A stretch of DNA of 64,000 nucleotides from Bigelowiella natans CCMP2755. Its lineage: Eukaryota > Protista > Cercozoa. This document shows positions 47,340-60,755 of this stretch, piece after piece. The position numbers and the translations under genes were made by a program. The DNA lies in contig ADNK01001511.1 of the NCBI GenBank assembly GCA_000320545.1, positions 1 to 64,000 of the forward strand, written 5' to 3'. The stretch's first letter is position 1; each line of letters opens with the position of its first letter. A model generated the notes under the pieces. It was not told the DNA's origin. It searched no databases and worked only from the letters and a program-made list of their open reading frames with translations.

Positions 47340-49400
47340 CATGCAATTCAATGCAGGACGTTGTTTTTCATCATTGTCTTTGTCTTTTGCAGATGTGGTC
47401 GATCGATCAACATTGTTTCCACCGTCATCAACCATCTCATTCATCATTGTTCTCACTCGGATGCAGCGAGGGAGGAGCAGTTTGTTCTTGGAAGTGAGAA
47501 TGGCGTCATTGTCAGGTCTTTCCTCGTCTGCCTGCTCATCCTTTTTTTCGTGCCTCTGATTCCATCAAAACCGATGACTTGTTGGGTGCTCCTTCGGATG
47601 ACCCGGCCGCGGACCAGCGCACAGACATGGCCTTCAGGAAATTTCTGCGCAAAGTGGATGCTTCATTCATTTTGCGCCGCCGCCACATTGCCGCCAATTG
47701 CACTGCTCCACGCAGCCAAAACAAATGCCAATTTTTCAATTCCTTTCAGTCCTCACGGAAGCTGGTGCGAGGCACGCGTGCCGATCGAGTGAGCATGCAA
47801 CCCCAGAACGCACGTGCGACATCACTTGTTTGTGCCACCTTTGACTGGCCTTCTGGCCTAGCTCTGGCTAGCTGGCTGCGCTGCAGACACAGCACACGTC
47901 ACGTGTGCCAGTGTGCACTGTGCACGACTCACGACAGCACGTTGTTCATTCTGTGTGTTCACTGTCGTGTGCACGTTTGACTGGGCAAGCTGTCCTTCTA
48001 GCCACATCACTCCCTTCACATCCAGACATTGCAGCCGATGCATGGCAAGGCTAGAAGGGGCATGCTGGCACACTGGACCATGGACCATGCCAGCACGACA
48101 CGGCACACATTGTGTGCACGCGCTGCACGTGCCACGTGTTTCACACGTTCTGCACGTCCCTTGCCACCTTGTCTGCAAGTGCACAGCAAGAGACACGTGC
48201 ACGTGGTGACCATGCACGCACTGCCAGTGCCAGTCTAGCAGTCTCCAACTCGCATGCCCCGCTAGCCCGTGAAATCGCAGCACTTTCACTGTCACACACC
48301 ATGGTTCATGTGTGGTGCATGTCAGTGCCAGAGTGCATGAGTGCACATCCATGCTTGGTTTCTCTGGTTCTGACGTCTGCATTGCGCACAATGGACACAG
48401 TAGTTGTTGCATGTCTACAATGCGTGCCTCTGATTGCTGGATTGGTGGACGCATGCACACTGTCGCCACAGGCGTTTGTGCTGCTGGTCTTTGTGCATCG
48501 TCTAGCTAGCTAGGTCATGCGCACCGCACCCGCACGTGCACTGGCATCGTGATCGCAGCGACTGTCATGCCAGCATGCGCTCACTGTTGTGGATACGGCG
48601 TTGAACTTGCACACAACAAGTGAGTGAGTGAATTGACTGCTGCAAGGTCGACGCATGCTGGCATGATGCACAGCAGACAACAACAGAGCAGAGAGGTCTA
48701 GAGGTGGGAAAGTGTGCACACTCAGCAGCGTCTGCCAGTTCGTGCGTGCGATGCGAGCGTCTGCTAGCTAGCTAGGCGTGCATGTGTGAGAGTGCAGCGG
48801 TGTACAGGTGCCCGCAAAAGGTTGCAGAATGCTGTGCACACATGCACTGTGAGACGGGTGTGATGAAATGTTTGAATTTTTTTAATGCACTGCAGGACGT
48901 GTGATTCAATGCACGCCTTGCAAAGTGCGTTGCAATGACGTTGCAGCATGTGCGACATCAATCACTTGCCTTGCATGCCTGGGCCAACTGGCCCCCCTAG
49001 CTAGCTAGCTAACTAGCCCTGCATGTGCACTGTCTCACACATGCATCTAGCCTAGCTGCCACCACCACTGCCAAACTGCCAGCTTCTAAGCACCTTGCCC
49101 AGTCGCACAGATTAGCAGGAGCGACGCACGCTTTCTAGTTTTTTTCACAAGCTTTCTGCTTCACGTTCATGTGACGACGCGGACATGGCGTCATCCTGGC
49201 ATGCACACCATCTAGCCATGTCTAGGTGTACACTCGACTACTAATGTCACATGTTTTTTTGGTCATGTTTCAAATGGTCCATTGGTTCATCTAATGATAG
49301 CAATGATAAATCAGAGAACCTCATCTATCCGATACGATAACTTTGTATCAACGGATAAACTTTGTTATTTATGCACCATGTTGTACTAATGCATTTGTCT
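47340..49400. other. TpA-depleted tract T6
   Basis: No TA seen from ~47340 to 47858; after that most TA are in CTAG, including (CTAG)n runs at ~48502, ~48764 and ~48998. Confidence 0.85.
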
Positions 49401-49489
49401 GCAGTGACAGCATAGTGATGCAATTCATGGCGTAATAGTGAGGAATTCTTCGGAATAAGGTTTGGGGCGGAACAAATCGGTATGAAATG

Positions 49490-51537
49490 TGTTATTTGTC
49501 ACCCCTTTGAATGTATGAGGTTGCGTCATACGGTTGGTTAACTTTGAAATAGAACAGCTGAAGCAATACTGGATGATGACGAAAATATGCTGACGATAAT
49601 GAATAGTACCTACAGCTGCTGCCTCTGCAGGACTCGAATACATATCTAGATATATTAGTAGTAAGTGGGGGCGGTGATGGTGGAGAAAAACTAATCTTTG
49701 CCACCTATCACTAAAAAGTACACAATAAATCTACTCTGTATTTCCTTCTGGATGTACTCTCACTTCTTGTAGCTATTTAGTTAGCAGCCTCAGCAATCGT
49801 ATATGATATAGATTAAAGAGGATGATGATGAGAGCATAGATAAAAGAGGATGGAAGCATGCCTATTTATAACGTTGTTATTGTTGAATAGTCGCTCCTTG
49901 TCAAGGAAGTCGTACTGCTAAGTGATAATGATGATGATGATAATGATACGTGATAATTCTCTTGTCAATGCCATCATCTCTTCTTAGGGGAAACATACTT
50001 ACTACTACTACTACGTATTCCCAACAACCGTCGTCCGTCGAAAAACTATGAATTTCAAGGAGAAATGATAATAAACGATGACAATAAATAAAAATGCTAA
50101 TGATGATGATATGTGATGGTAATCTTACTACTAACCAGCATGTACTACTACTGGTTAAATAGACAGAATAGATATGAAATGCGAAACATATCAACTGACG
50201 ACGGGAACACACTCACTTCCACGTTCATCTAGACGTAGTACGCACCGACATTCTTACTTTGAGCATATATTTTGTTTGTTGTATTTAAAATATAAAATCA
50301 ACAAGGCATTTACTCATTGACTAACCTCTATATATAGTGACGGTTATATGGAACATATATAATTATATATTTAGTTATTGTTTGACGAGTCAACCACTAA
50401 GAAAAGGGAAGATGGCAACGTGTCAATCTAGATGTACTCAGAAAACACAATTGAGGATTTGCATGGCTATTTTCACTTTCATACGACTATCTAAAGAAAA
50501 CAGACACATCGATAAAAATGCGACAACCAACGGTAAATGGCAGAAACAAAATGGGGATTACAACTGTTTTTGTCACGGAAATGATTAATTGAATATGCCG
50601 AATTATATATTAAACAAAGGATTTTAAAAAATGCAATTTATCTCAACTAAAGTAGACTTGTTCCTTCTTCCACAACCGAACGCTGCCATTCATTGGTTCT
50701 TCCTCATGATTAACAGATGCTTGTTTTGTTATCATCGAAAGCTGTGAATAAGGACATTCTAATCTTTTTTTAATTTGCCAAGATATCAATTCCAGGCTGC
50801 TGCTGCTGCTGCTGCTATGATATATGCAAAGGCAGAATAACGAAGGAAAAGAGTAGTGTCAATATACTACTAACAATACCATGGGCAATATTTATCTACA
50901 GATTGTTATCATCAGAAAGGCTACTACCACTTATTCTACAAATAGTCAATCTAATCCCATCATACCACTCAATCCATCTCTCTCGAAAAAATCATCATCA
51001 TTTAAGGAGATGGAATAGTTTGCACAACTCTCTTCTTATTCCATAGTAACAATCACTATCCAATACTTACCGATGCCATTGTGTTTAGACGAAGAAGAAG
51101 ACGGCAACGACGACGATTGTGGTACTGATGACACATAATTTTCTGAACCGCCATGTAATGCCGTTAAAGCTCGAGGAAGAGCCCCTCCCTCCATTCCAGC
51201 ACTCAAACGAGGAGAACATATTTCCACTATTTATATTGAGAGGAGGAAAATATATGAAGACCAATTTGATATACTGTATCACCTTCAACTCAATCCTCTT
51301 CACCAGCTGTCTTTCATTTCTTTCTCTCGTGATTCTTCTTCTCATTCTTCTTGCTATTCTTCTTTATTTATGTCGTCGTGTAAGACAAGGACACTTACCA
51401 GCATGTTGTCCTCCGGTATTATCACTTCGTAGGTTTAATCCATTTAGACGCAGCGACAAGCTATTCACTGTTATTATTGTCAAAATAGTAGTTAGTAAGA
51501 GAATTGGAGGAATGGCAAACCACGACAGAGTTAGAGT

Positions 51538-51575
<38 letters not shown>

Positions 51576-52089
51576 TGGTATACACATTGTAGTAGTAGCG
51601 GCATTACGTTACATTGCGTTACGTAACTACTACCTGTAGCGCTACTAGCAGTAACATCTGAGAGTCGACGAGAAGAAGAAGGAGAGGAAGAAGATCGTAG
51701 TACTGTTGTTGTTGTTGTTGTTGATGATGATGATGATGGGAATGTTCTTGCTGCTGCTGCTGGTGGTAACAATGCTTTTGCACTAGTAGTAGTAGGAGGT
51801 GTAGCACCAATTACTACGCTATCTCCTCCTCCCACTCTGGTCCCATGGAAGCTGCTGCTGCTGCTGCTGCTGCTGCTACTGCTACTACTACCGATGCTGC
51901 TGTCGCCACTGCTGTTGTTACCATTAGCAGCACCAGCATTAGAGGAAGAGGAGGAAGAAGAAGAGGAGGAAGAGGAGGTGGTGGATTGCTGCTGCTTTTG
52001 TTGTTGATGATGATTCTGGTGGACCGATATGGGCATGCTAGCCACTCCTCGTCCATCATCATCATCATCATTATCATTATCATCATCAT

Positions 52090-52123
<34 letters not shown>

Positions 52124-52439
52124 CGTGGATGATGATCCTCCAGCTGTTGTCGCTGTACGCTCCCCCCCGATCTGTTTCATATCTTGACTGTGGTGGTGGT
52201 AGTACTGCTGCTGTTGGTGATGCTGATGTCTGAGGTTATTACTACTACTACTACTATTACTACTACCACTACTACTACCACTACTACTACTTGATGACGA
52301 TGATGTCTGCTTACTACTGAGAATATCAGGTGATGATGCAAAGGAGGAAGAAGAGGGAGAGGAAGAGGGGGAGGAGGAGGATGTAGCAAGTGTCATATTA
52401 TTAGCACTTGTGGTGCCATAGTGGTGTCTATTTTGCGTA

Positions 52440-52489
<50 letters not shown>

Positions 52490-52811
52490 ATGATGGCGGC
52501 GATTATGCAGCTCCTCGTGTTGTTCTAATTTCTCTGCTGCTGCTGCTGCCCAAAGACCTCCACTGGCAGTTCCAAGAGAGTTTGGAAATGATATTGACAC
52601 TAATTTAGTGCTGTTTTTCCCACGAAACAGCTCACGGTGATGATGGCGGTAGTGATGATGGTTTTGTTGTTGTTTTTGCTGCTGCTGTTGTTGGTGGTGG
52701 TGGTGATGATGATGTCCGTGAGCTGCTGCTGCTGCTGCTGCTGAATTGGATCCTCCTAACCCTGTTCTTCTAGGGTGAGTAGTGGTAGGAGAAGTACGTT
52801 GTAGCAATCTG

Positions 52812-52849
<38 letters not shown>

Positions 52850-52868
52850 ACTACTACTTATACTCTTG

Positions 52869-52901
<33 letters not shown>

Positions 52902-53766
52902 AATGTCGTTGTCGTCGATTCTGAGCGGATGCTTGAGCTTCCAGCAGCAGCTACTATTTTGCCTCCTCCTCCACTGTCCCTGCTGCCATGTCCTTGCTGC
53001 TGCTGATGCTGCTGCTGATGGTGTGTGTCATTTGATCCCCAAGCCCAGTTTTGACGGCGACGATTATTATGATTATGATTATGATTATGGCTACGATTAT
53101 GATGATGATGCTGCCTTAGAGGGAAGGGGGTGTGATGCGGAGGAGGCTGTTGTTGCAGATGAACATGCTGATGACGACGATGATGATGATGGTGACTTGG
53201 CCGAGCAGATCCTGCTGAAGATCCACGATGATGATGATGATGATGGCGATGATGATGATGATGATAAGAAGCTGACATTCCTTTAGACGACACTATTCCT
53301 ACTGCAGCTGCTGCTGGTACATTTTGATTAGGAGCAGATGTAGGCGGTGTTACACCACCTACGGCACCATTGATTCGTAGTTGCTGCTGTTGCTGGTGGT
53401 GGTCGTGATGGTCGTAATGGTGAGAAACATTATTCATGTTTGCAGATTGATTTTTATTTCCAGAAGCTGCTGCTGCTGCTATTATTTCATATGTGACAGC
53501 AGCAGTACTACGATCTCGGTGAATAGCCATCCCACCATCACCCACACCGCCACCACTAGCACTACCAAACTTTCTCCAGGTTCTTGCATTTACAGGCCTA
53601 GGAGCTCGGCAACGGCGACGGTTGCATACTCTTCTGGAATCGAAGTTAAAATTTCCACACTCGTGACAGCTCCAACCCAATGTCCCACCACCAGTACTAG
53701 GGATACCACCTCCTCCCTCAAAACTATTATTATCCTCTCGCACTATAGATCTACTACTCATTCCAT

Positions 53767-53799
<33 letters not shown>

Positions 53800-54207
53800 G
53801 GGAATTACTACTACTACTAGTAGTAATAGTACTACCGTTCATAATTGCATGTCCACCGCCCTTCTCACTTAAAGAAGAAGAAGAAGGAAAAGAAGTGCCG
53901 TGGATACTACTAACTCCTCCAACAGAAGAAGTTGAAGGAGGGCGGGGAAATCGACAACGCCTCATATTGCATACATTACGACTGGTGAAGTTGAAATTTC
54001 CACATCTTGGGCAATTCCATCCTCCTTTGTGCTGCTGCTGGATGTTTGTATGAGCAGTAGTATCTGTTATCATAGTTTGAGTAGCTTGGTGCAGTCCTCC
54101 ACCCTCAACTGAGGAGATCTTAGCTGCTGCTGCTGCTGAGGGTGTGATGGAGAGCGATGATGACTTTTGATGTACCAAGTTATTTCTTGGAAGCAGTGCA
54201 GAGTTCC

Positions 54208-54241
<34 letters not shown>

Positions 54242-54956
54242 GCTATTCCCTAACAATTGGTTTGGAGGAGAAATAACAATCCCAAGGGATGGTGATGGTG
54301 ATGGTGATGATGATGATGATGGCGGCGGTGGTGGTGGTAGCGATGATGGCGATGATGGCATTGTTTGCTGCTGCTGTTGGTGCTGCTGGGTAGTGATGAT
54401 GGGCCTGGGAGCACGGCAGCTACGAATGTTGCACACTCTGCGAGACTGATAATTGAAGTTTCCACAATCCTGGCAGACCCACCCACGTCTATCTAGCACC
54501 ACGTGCTCTTTTTGCTGCTGCTGCTCTCTAATTAGTGTAGGAGGAGGTCCTCCTCCTCTATGGTCAGCTGTAATTCTGCCACCACCTACTACACTACTCA
54601 AGCTGCTGCTGCTATTGTGAGTCACTACTAACGTTGTATTACTACCACCAGTGCTACTGTTCCCCATTGTACTATTATTGGCCATAGAGGAAACACCGTG
54701 GTGGTGGTGATGATGACGATGATGAATATGATGACTTCCATTCAAGCTTGTGTTGTGAGTGTGGCCATTATTTGCCGGAAAATTGCCAGATCTTGGAGAA
54801 GACGGCAGAGAAATGGGTGTTGGGGATGGTCGGGGGGCGCGGCATGTGCGGATATTACAGACACGCCTTGATTGGTAATTAAAGTTTCCACATTCACCTG
54901 CCCAAGGGGGGATGGGGGGGAAACTGAGCATCATATCGTCTTTCCTGGCATCATCG

Positions 54957-54990
<34 letters not shown>

Positions 54991-56714
54991 AAGAATGGAG
55001 AGCATTACCACAAGTCCAGCCCTTTCTATCCTCTCTCTGTTGGGTGCTGGAATGTAGTAGTAGTAGGCCTTGATTACCACCAACTCCTCTGGCAGCTGTC
55101 AGATGGTGCTGCTGTCCGCGATGATTTTGAAGAGAAGGGCATGGGGCACGGCAAGATCGAATGTTGCAAAAAGTTCGCCCATAGAAGTTAAAGTTGCCGC
55201 AACTGTGTAGCATACGCAGAAGGAAGAACATTACGTCAGATTCCGTACAAATGGGAAAATCTGTAAACTATAACAAAATAAGGCTGGATGATATTACAGC
55301 AAGAGTACTGTCATATTATAATACAGCGATATAAAGGACACAGGATTGAGTTGACTAACCGGCCACACGTCCATCCTTTACGACCCTGTATTCTATCCAT
55401 CGAACGTGACTGTTGGGGGGGGGTATTTTTACTCATATATGGCCGCCCTGTTACTGACAGGTCTAGGGTTTCAGAGACAGATAAAAAATCATTTTGATGC
55501 CTCTCCCTATTATCTGGACGGGAAGATTCCCCCCCCTGCATATCGAGGAGCTCCCTCTCGGGTGGTATCCCCTGCGTGGGGATTGCAGAGAAAACGCGGC
55601 CACTAGAATTTCGACTACTTTGACCAACCCTAACCATATGCATCCAAAGATTTGACATCAAATTTGTGCTCATACACTAGCCTAAACATCTTTTGTTTTA
55701 CTCACTGGAAGTCCATTGAGTTAGAATGCCATTGAGAAGATGTTGGTCTTTGAGGATTCGAAGACAGATTCGTTGACATCTTAATGTGATTGTTAAGATT
55801 GCTATTGAGACCATGGCTGCTCAATCGATGTCCCTCGGGTTGACTATTCGACTTCAACTGCTGGAAAGATTTTCTTTCAAGCTGAAGATAAACAATACAA
55901 TAAGAGAAAAATGGACAAAAATACTTGAATGGATGGGCTACATAGCAGTTCTGGCAGAAGCGATTGATAGTATCGTTGATAAAACCTGGAAAATAAAAAC
56001 AAGTAAACGAGTTTTTCTTCGCCCGTTACGTTTCGAGGACAACATTATTCAGGATGAGTCGAACTGACCGCATCTTTCACAAGGCCATTCCATGGTTGCC
56101 TTAGGTATCGAGGCAAGAAGTGAATGTGCAGCATCAACTGATTGATTTTCGGGAACATCATTATCGAGGCCAGTTGAACTCCCTGGAACACTTTTGGGCG
56201 CATCAGTCGAAAAGGCTGCTTTGGAATCCCCCCCTGCTGAACGAGATCGCACCCCTTTGCAACCGGGAGCGTCACAGTTTGAACTGAGTGGGTCTAAATG
56301 GATGATAAGAATTCAAAATCTCGATTTGTATCTCTTGCATGGCACACACTTACAGTTGATGTTGTCGCATCGAGGGCACTCCCACTCTCCATCCTCCACA
56401 ATCACCAGACCCAATCCGCTTCCGCCAGGCTTCCCTGCCCCGTTAGAAATACCGCCAACCCTTCGAGATCCACTCAACACCTCATCTTTTGTTACAGAGG
56501 TGGTCAACGACTTCATCCCAGAAGCCGGGACCTCTGAAGAGGAAAATAGGGGGAGGGTTTGCTCGTTCGAGCGCAGGAAGCCGCAGTGTCCAACACCGTC
56601 GCAAAGTATCGACTTGGAAGATGTAATGCCATTAGCAGTTGCGACATCGATATGTGCATGTCTCATCAAGATTCTGGAATATTCGAAGTCCAGAAGATTA
56701 TCCTTCTCGGTCAA
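49490..56714 (-). CDS. Multi-RanBP2-type zinc-finger protein (7 fingers) with a very long low-complexity region; both ends provisional
   Basis: WECPRCDNIN|Y..C, WPCERC|GFIN..CQNC, WTCGR|CGNFNF..CNIRSC, WTC|GECGNFNY..CNIRTC, WVCQDCGNFNY, WNCPRCGNFNF, WSCHECGNFNF. A 3.7-kb ORF carries H/Q/S/T/N/G runs; further small 3' exons below 51460. Confidence 0.8.
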
Positions 56715-57866
56715 ACCAAAGACTGCTTTTAATCTCGAAATTAGTGTAGGGTATCAGCAGAATTGACATATTTTTTTCCCGTATCATTATAAAATACCAG
56801 TCTAATTTTATATAAATTTTAGATTTTCAAGTTGACATTGCTGAAAGATGGGGTTTTTATGGAGAAAATGTTAGTCGGAATACCTCAATAATCTAGCTTG
56901 TCTTAGTTCAAATTCCAATGGGTCCTTTCCATGTTCGACAAAATTTTGAGGCCGTATTTTGTCTCACATTGGATTTCCTCAGTAAGACCCATTTGTCTAC
57001 AATGTTTATTCTAAACTGTATTCATGTGTTAGAATTTGTCTGGGCGACAAAACATTAAGTTGACAAGTTGCCATATAAAATTGTTACCTTCGCTCCGTGG
57101 TCGTGAATTCACTGAATTCACTTGTGAAAAAAGGGCCGGAATCTAACCGAAATTGCAATCAACTTCATTTGCATCAAGGAAGACAAAATGGCCGTTTTTG
57201 CTCTGCGACATATTTTCTTGATGCAGCGTACTTTTTGCTCTACACAATTAAAAGGGCCTGACCTTAACAAATTAAAGAAGGGAAATATTGCACACTTCTC
57301 ATTACTTTTCTTGGGAAAAATTGCCTGTGACCACCTGCATAAATTGATCTAAAAAATTGAGTTCCGGTTTTTCTCAGTACATCAAAGTACATTTTTTGGG
57401 CAAATTGTTTCAGATTTGTCATAGAAAGACAAATAATAGTGTGAGTCGTAATTGTGCTTCATGAAATATTTGAATTGAAACGCTGACTCAAAAGGCCGAT
57501 CGAAGTCTTGTCTTATATGGAGCAGACCTTTCGTACAAAAGTTGCCCAAAAAATTCTCATTTATAACTGCGACATATATTTTAGCATGGCGTTTATGATT
57601 GAGGAATCCGATTTTACGAATGTGATGTGCCGCTCAGGGTATGAAAATTAGTTTCGAACTAAATTGATTATTGTAAGAGCAATAAAGTTTGAATTTAATT
57701 GAAATAAAGCAAAAATATTAAGTCGTTTATAGATAGTAGGCTGTAATTTTGTACAGAATTACAGCCGGTAGCCTGATGGAAAACTTGGAGAAGCGAACCG
57801 GCGGGGTTGGAGAAAGCTCCCCTAGGTTAATCCACATTTGTCGACGCATAGGTATGAAGATGGTGT

Positions 57867-59734
57867 ATGACACCAGCTGAAGAAGAAGAATTTGGCAGTC
57901 GCACATCTACCATCATTCGAAAAGAACCCAGCGAGCAAGGAGACAGGCAGTTGTAGGCTTCATCATATTTGCAACGGTTCGCGAAAGCTCTAAATCGATT
58001 AATTTATTTGTGTGGCTCATTTTTCAGAGATTGAATGCATCCTAATCAGGTCGGTGGAAGGACCTTAGGCCCCTGCTAAACTTCGCGGGTTAATTAAAAG
58101 GATTCAGCTCTAAACAAACTTAAACATCCGCCGTGTCGTCTTCTGACAACAACTCGAATTTCTTCTCCCTCTTTTCCCCCGCGGATTCGAGTGGAGGGGT
58201 GAATGAATATGGCGGTGTTAATGGTACAAAACAGCACACGCTGTATGATGACACTTCCTCCAATGGTGATGGAAGGGCTAACCGCAGCCTGGGTAGCTAT
58301 GGAAGAGATTCGGTGGAATTAAGAGTCAGCAAGAGAGCATTCGACTGTCCTGAGGTAAAAACCCAAAGCATTTCAATTTCTGCTTATGCTCTTCCATTTC
58401 CATTCTAACTATATCGTTTAATTTATCACATTAAGGTTGATTTTTGGAATGCTGGAAATGTTGACGAGAATGATGAGCTCAAAATTACAACCTCAGCTCC
58501 CTCGTTGGAACAATTTGGGGATGACTTAAGTTCGACTATCCCGTTGGGAGTAAGAGCATCTCCCTCAGGAGATTTAGCATCGGACACATTGTTACAAAAC
58601 AAAAAACGAAGGGTACAAAATGCAGGAAGGGGTGGGGTTGGTTCTGGAGAAGCATCCGTCTCATCTTCGGCGATGATTCTTAAGGGGGGGGATAACAACG
58701 AGTCTCCTGATTTCGTAGCTCCGGTTGAGTGGCGGATGATTAGGAATGAGATAACAAAGGTATAGTTGTACTGCTAGAAGTGATGGTCTCACGAAGAAAC
58801 AGCTAGATGGTGGTGCAAAATACGAGCGCAGCTTTATCAATTCTGGCTGGAGCGATTCGACCCCTTACTTCGAAATGTGATGTCTCGTAGTTAAAATTTG
58901 ATACTTTCAGGATTTGAAAGCCGGCGAATGGGCCTTCGACTGCAACACCTTGGAGATGTGGTATTAATCAGTTTTATTTATTTTATGCATTTTGTTCTAT
59001 TTACAGATCTAAAATATTTTCATTTACATTTTCAGGTGGTCCGTGGAAATTTTCAGGATATTCAATCTTGACCACAAATATGCTAAACCCAGTTTTGCCT
59101 CCTACAAGAAATTACTGCACCCAGTAAATGTTTAAAAAACAAATGATTAGTCGCAAGATTGACTTTAAGTAATACTAGGATGACAAAGATCTTGTCCTGT
59201 TCCTATTCCAAAGAGCACTTGAGAAGGGCGTTCCTTATGAAGTAGTACTCATTTGAGATATGATATTCCAATCATAACATGTTTCATATTTCTTCAGGTA
59301 AGCCACAGATTTACGATGGTTGATGATAAAGTCAAGTGGTGCAGAGTAAAGTGTCGTGTTCAACTGGATAGCTCGAAAAATAGTGTCACAAAACTATTTG
59401 GGACGATTCAAGGTGACTGATAATAAAAGATGTCCTCTGTAAGAGGCAAGAGAGGATTCCCCAATATACTTTGGGATTGCTCCTCTGTCTCTAACCTCCT
59501 TCTTCCAAACAGATATTACGTTGTGGTCGAAATCTGTAATTGACGGGAGAAAGGTTAGTTTCAGTTGCGTTCGTACTTCTAGTGTGCGTAATTTGTTTTG
59601 TTCTTATCCAGAGCTTGAATGCCATTGTTGAGGCGAAGCAACAAGATCAACATGGTTACAATTCTTTCTTCATAAAATGTTGGTACATCTTCAGAATACC
59701 TCACTACCATTCGTTGACTCAGGTGATTCTGTGA
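57867..59734 (+). CDS. Single PAS-PAC (PAS_3-like) domain protein; 5' end unresolved
   Basis: Exons from 58911: DLKAGEWAFDCNTLEMW|WSVEIFRIFNLD..PSFASYKKLLHP|DDKDLV..ALEKGVPYE|VSHRF..VKWCRVKCRVQLD..KLFGTIQ|DIT, the canonical PAS-PAC pattern. Upstream disordered exons contain KKRR. Confidence 0.8.
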
Positions 59735-59779
59735 CAGAAGATCCCACTTGCTCAATTTGCTGAGTTGTGCAAAACGTAG

Positions 59780-60700
59780 AGCTGTGATTATTAATTTAGA
59801 TGTAAATACCCATTTACCAACACACATAAATGCGATGCGTGGCAATTAAGTTTGCTGCAGCGATACGTACAGCTTGATTGCTCGTACCTGCTGACAATTT
59901 GCCAGCGCAGACTTTACGCTGTGGTGTAATACGTTCCACACGACCGCGTATGCGAAGTGACGCAGACTGCGGTTGTGAGAAATCAGCTCTAGAGCTGGAG
60001 CAAAACCACAAATTGCACTCATCTAGTCATGCACATGTGCATCGTGCATGATGTGCTGACGATTGTCATGGCGCTTGTACTCATCATGTTTGCAGATATA
60101 CATGCAGTGTATAAGTGTGGAGAGTGGCTGTGTTTGGTTAGCAAGTGTGCATGCGTGCCGCTGTCGCACACATGGTTCTATATGGTATATCGTCATGCTG
60201 CGCTACGCGCTAGCGCGATACGATGGATGTAATATGGTAGCTTGTCACACAGCAGCATCCTGTGCTCGGCATCTAGCTAGCACTATCTAGAGCACACAGC
60301 ATGGATATCTAGATTCAACATAGGCACGTAGGGTGCGCACTGGTGTCTAGTTGCGTATACGTAGCGTTCTTCCCAATGATTTGCATGTTTCATTACAAAG
60401 TACATTGTAAAACTGCACAAGCAAGAGTGTAGCACGTATTTCATATATCTGATGTGAGGCGTCATGGAAATGTGGCCAACGCAGCTGTCTTCGCTGAGGA
60501 TGAGATGCACACGCATCACATGCACAACCCAATATCCACACACAGAGATGCCTTGAATCTTTCACAAAGGCGAATTTCCCTCCGTATGTTTCACAATTCC
60601 CCATCGTGCACAACAACTTTAAACCCCTCCATCAAACAGAAAACAAGTTGAACGTTTTGCAGCTCTTGCATGCATATTAAACATATTGCAGTACCACGAC
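59780..60700. other. TGCA/CATG/CTAG-rich, partly TpA-depleted tract T7 between convergent genes
   Basis: Same word signature as T2, T4 and T6 (GCACATGTGCATCGTGCATG, ATCTAGCTAGC), with intermediate TA loss. Confidence 0.65.
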
Positions 60701-60755
60701 TAATAGTAAACATCTTATCTCCTTATCTCTTGAACAAAAGCACACTAAGTTCCAA

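Noticed and set aside
51461-55231. 1256-aa ORF as a complete single-exon gene
   Set aside because: Its first and last codons are intronic (acceptor ~55203; (GT)n near the end) and it contains an in-frame intron; it is part of a larger spliced gene.
58911-59520. PAS domain as a LOV photoreceptor
   Set aside because: No GxNCRFLQ motif.
60555-60600. SECIS-like hairpin on the minus strand (GTGAA...GAAA...AGAT)
   Set aside because: Base pairs next to the putative GA quartet do not form; not callable without a covariance-model search.
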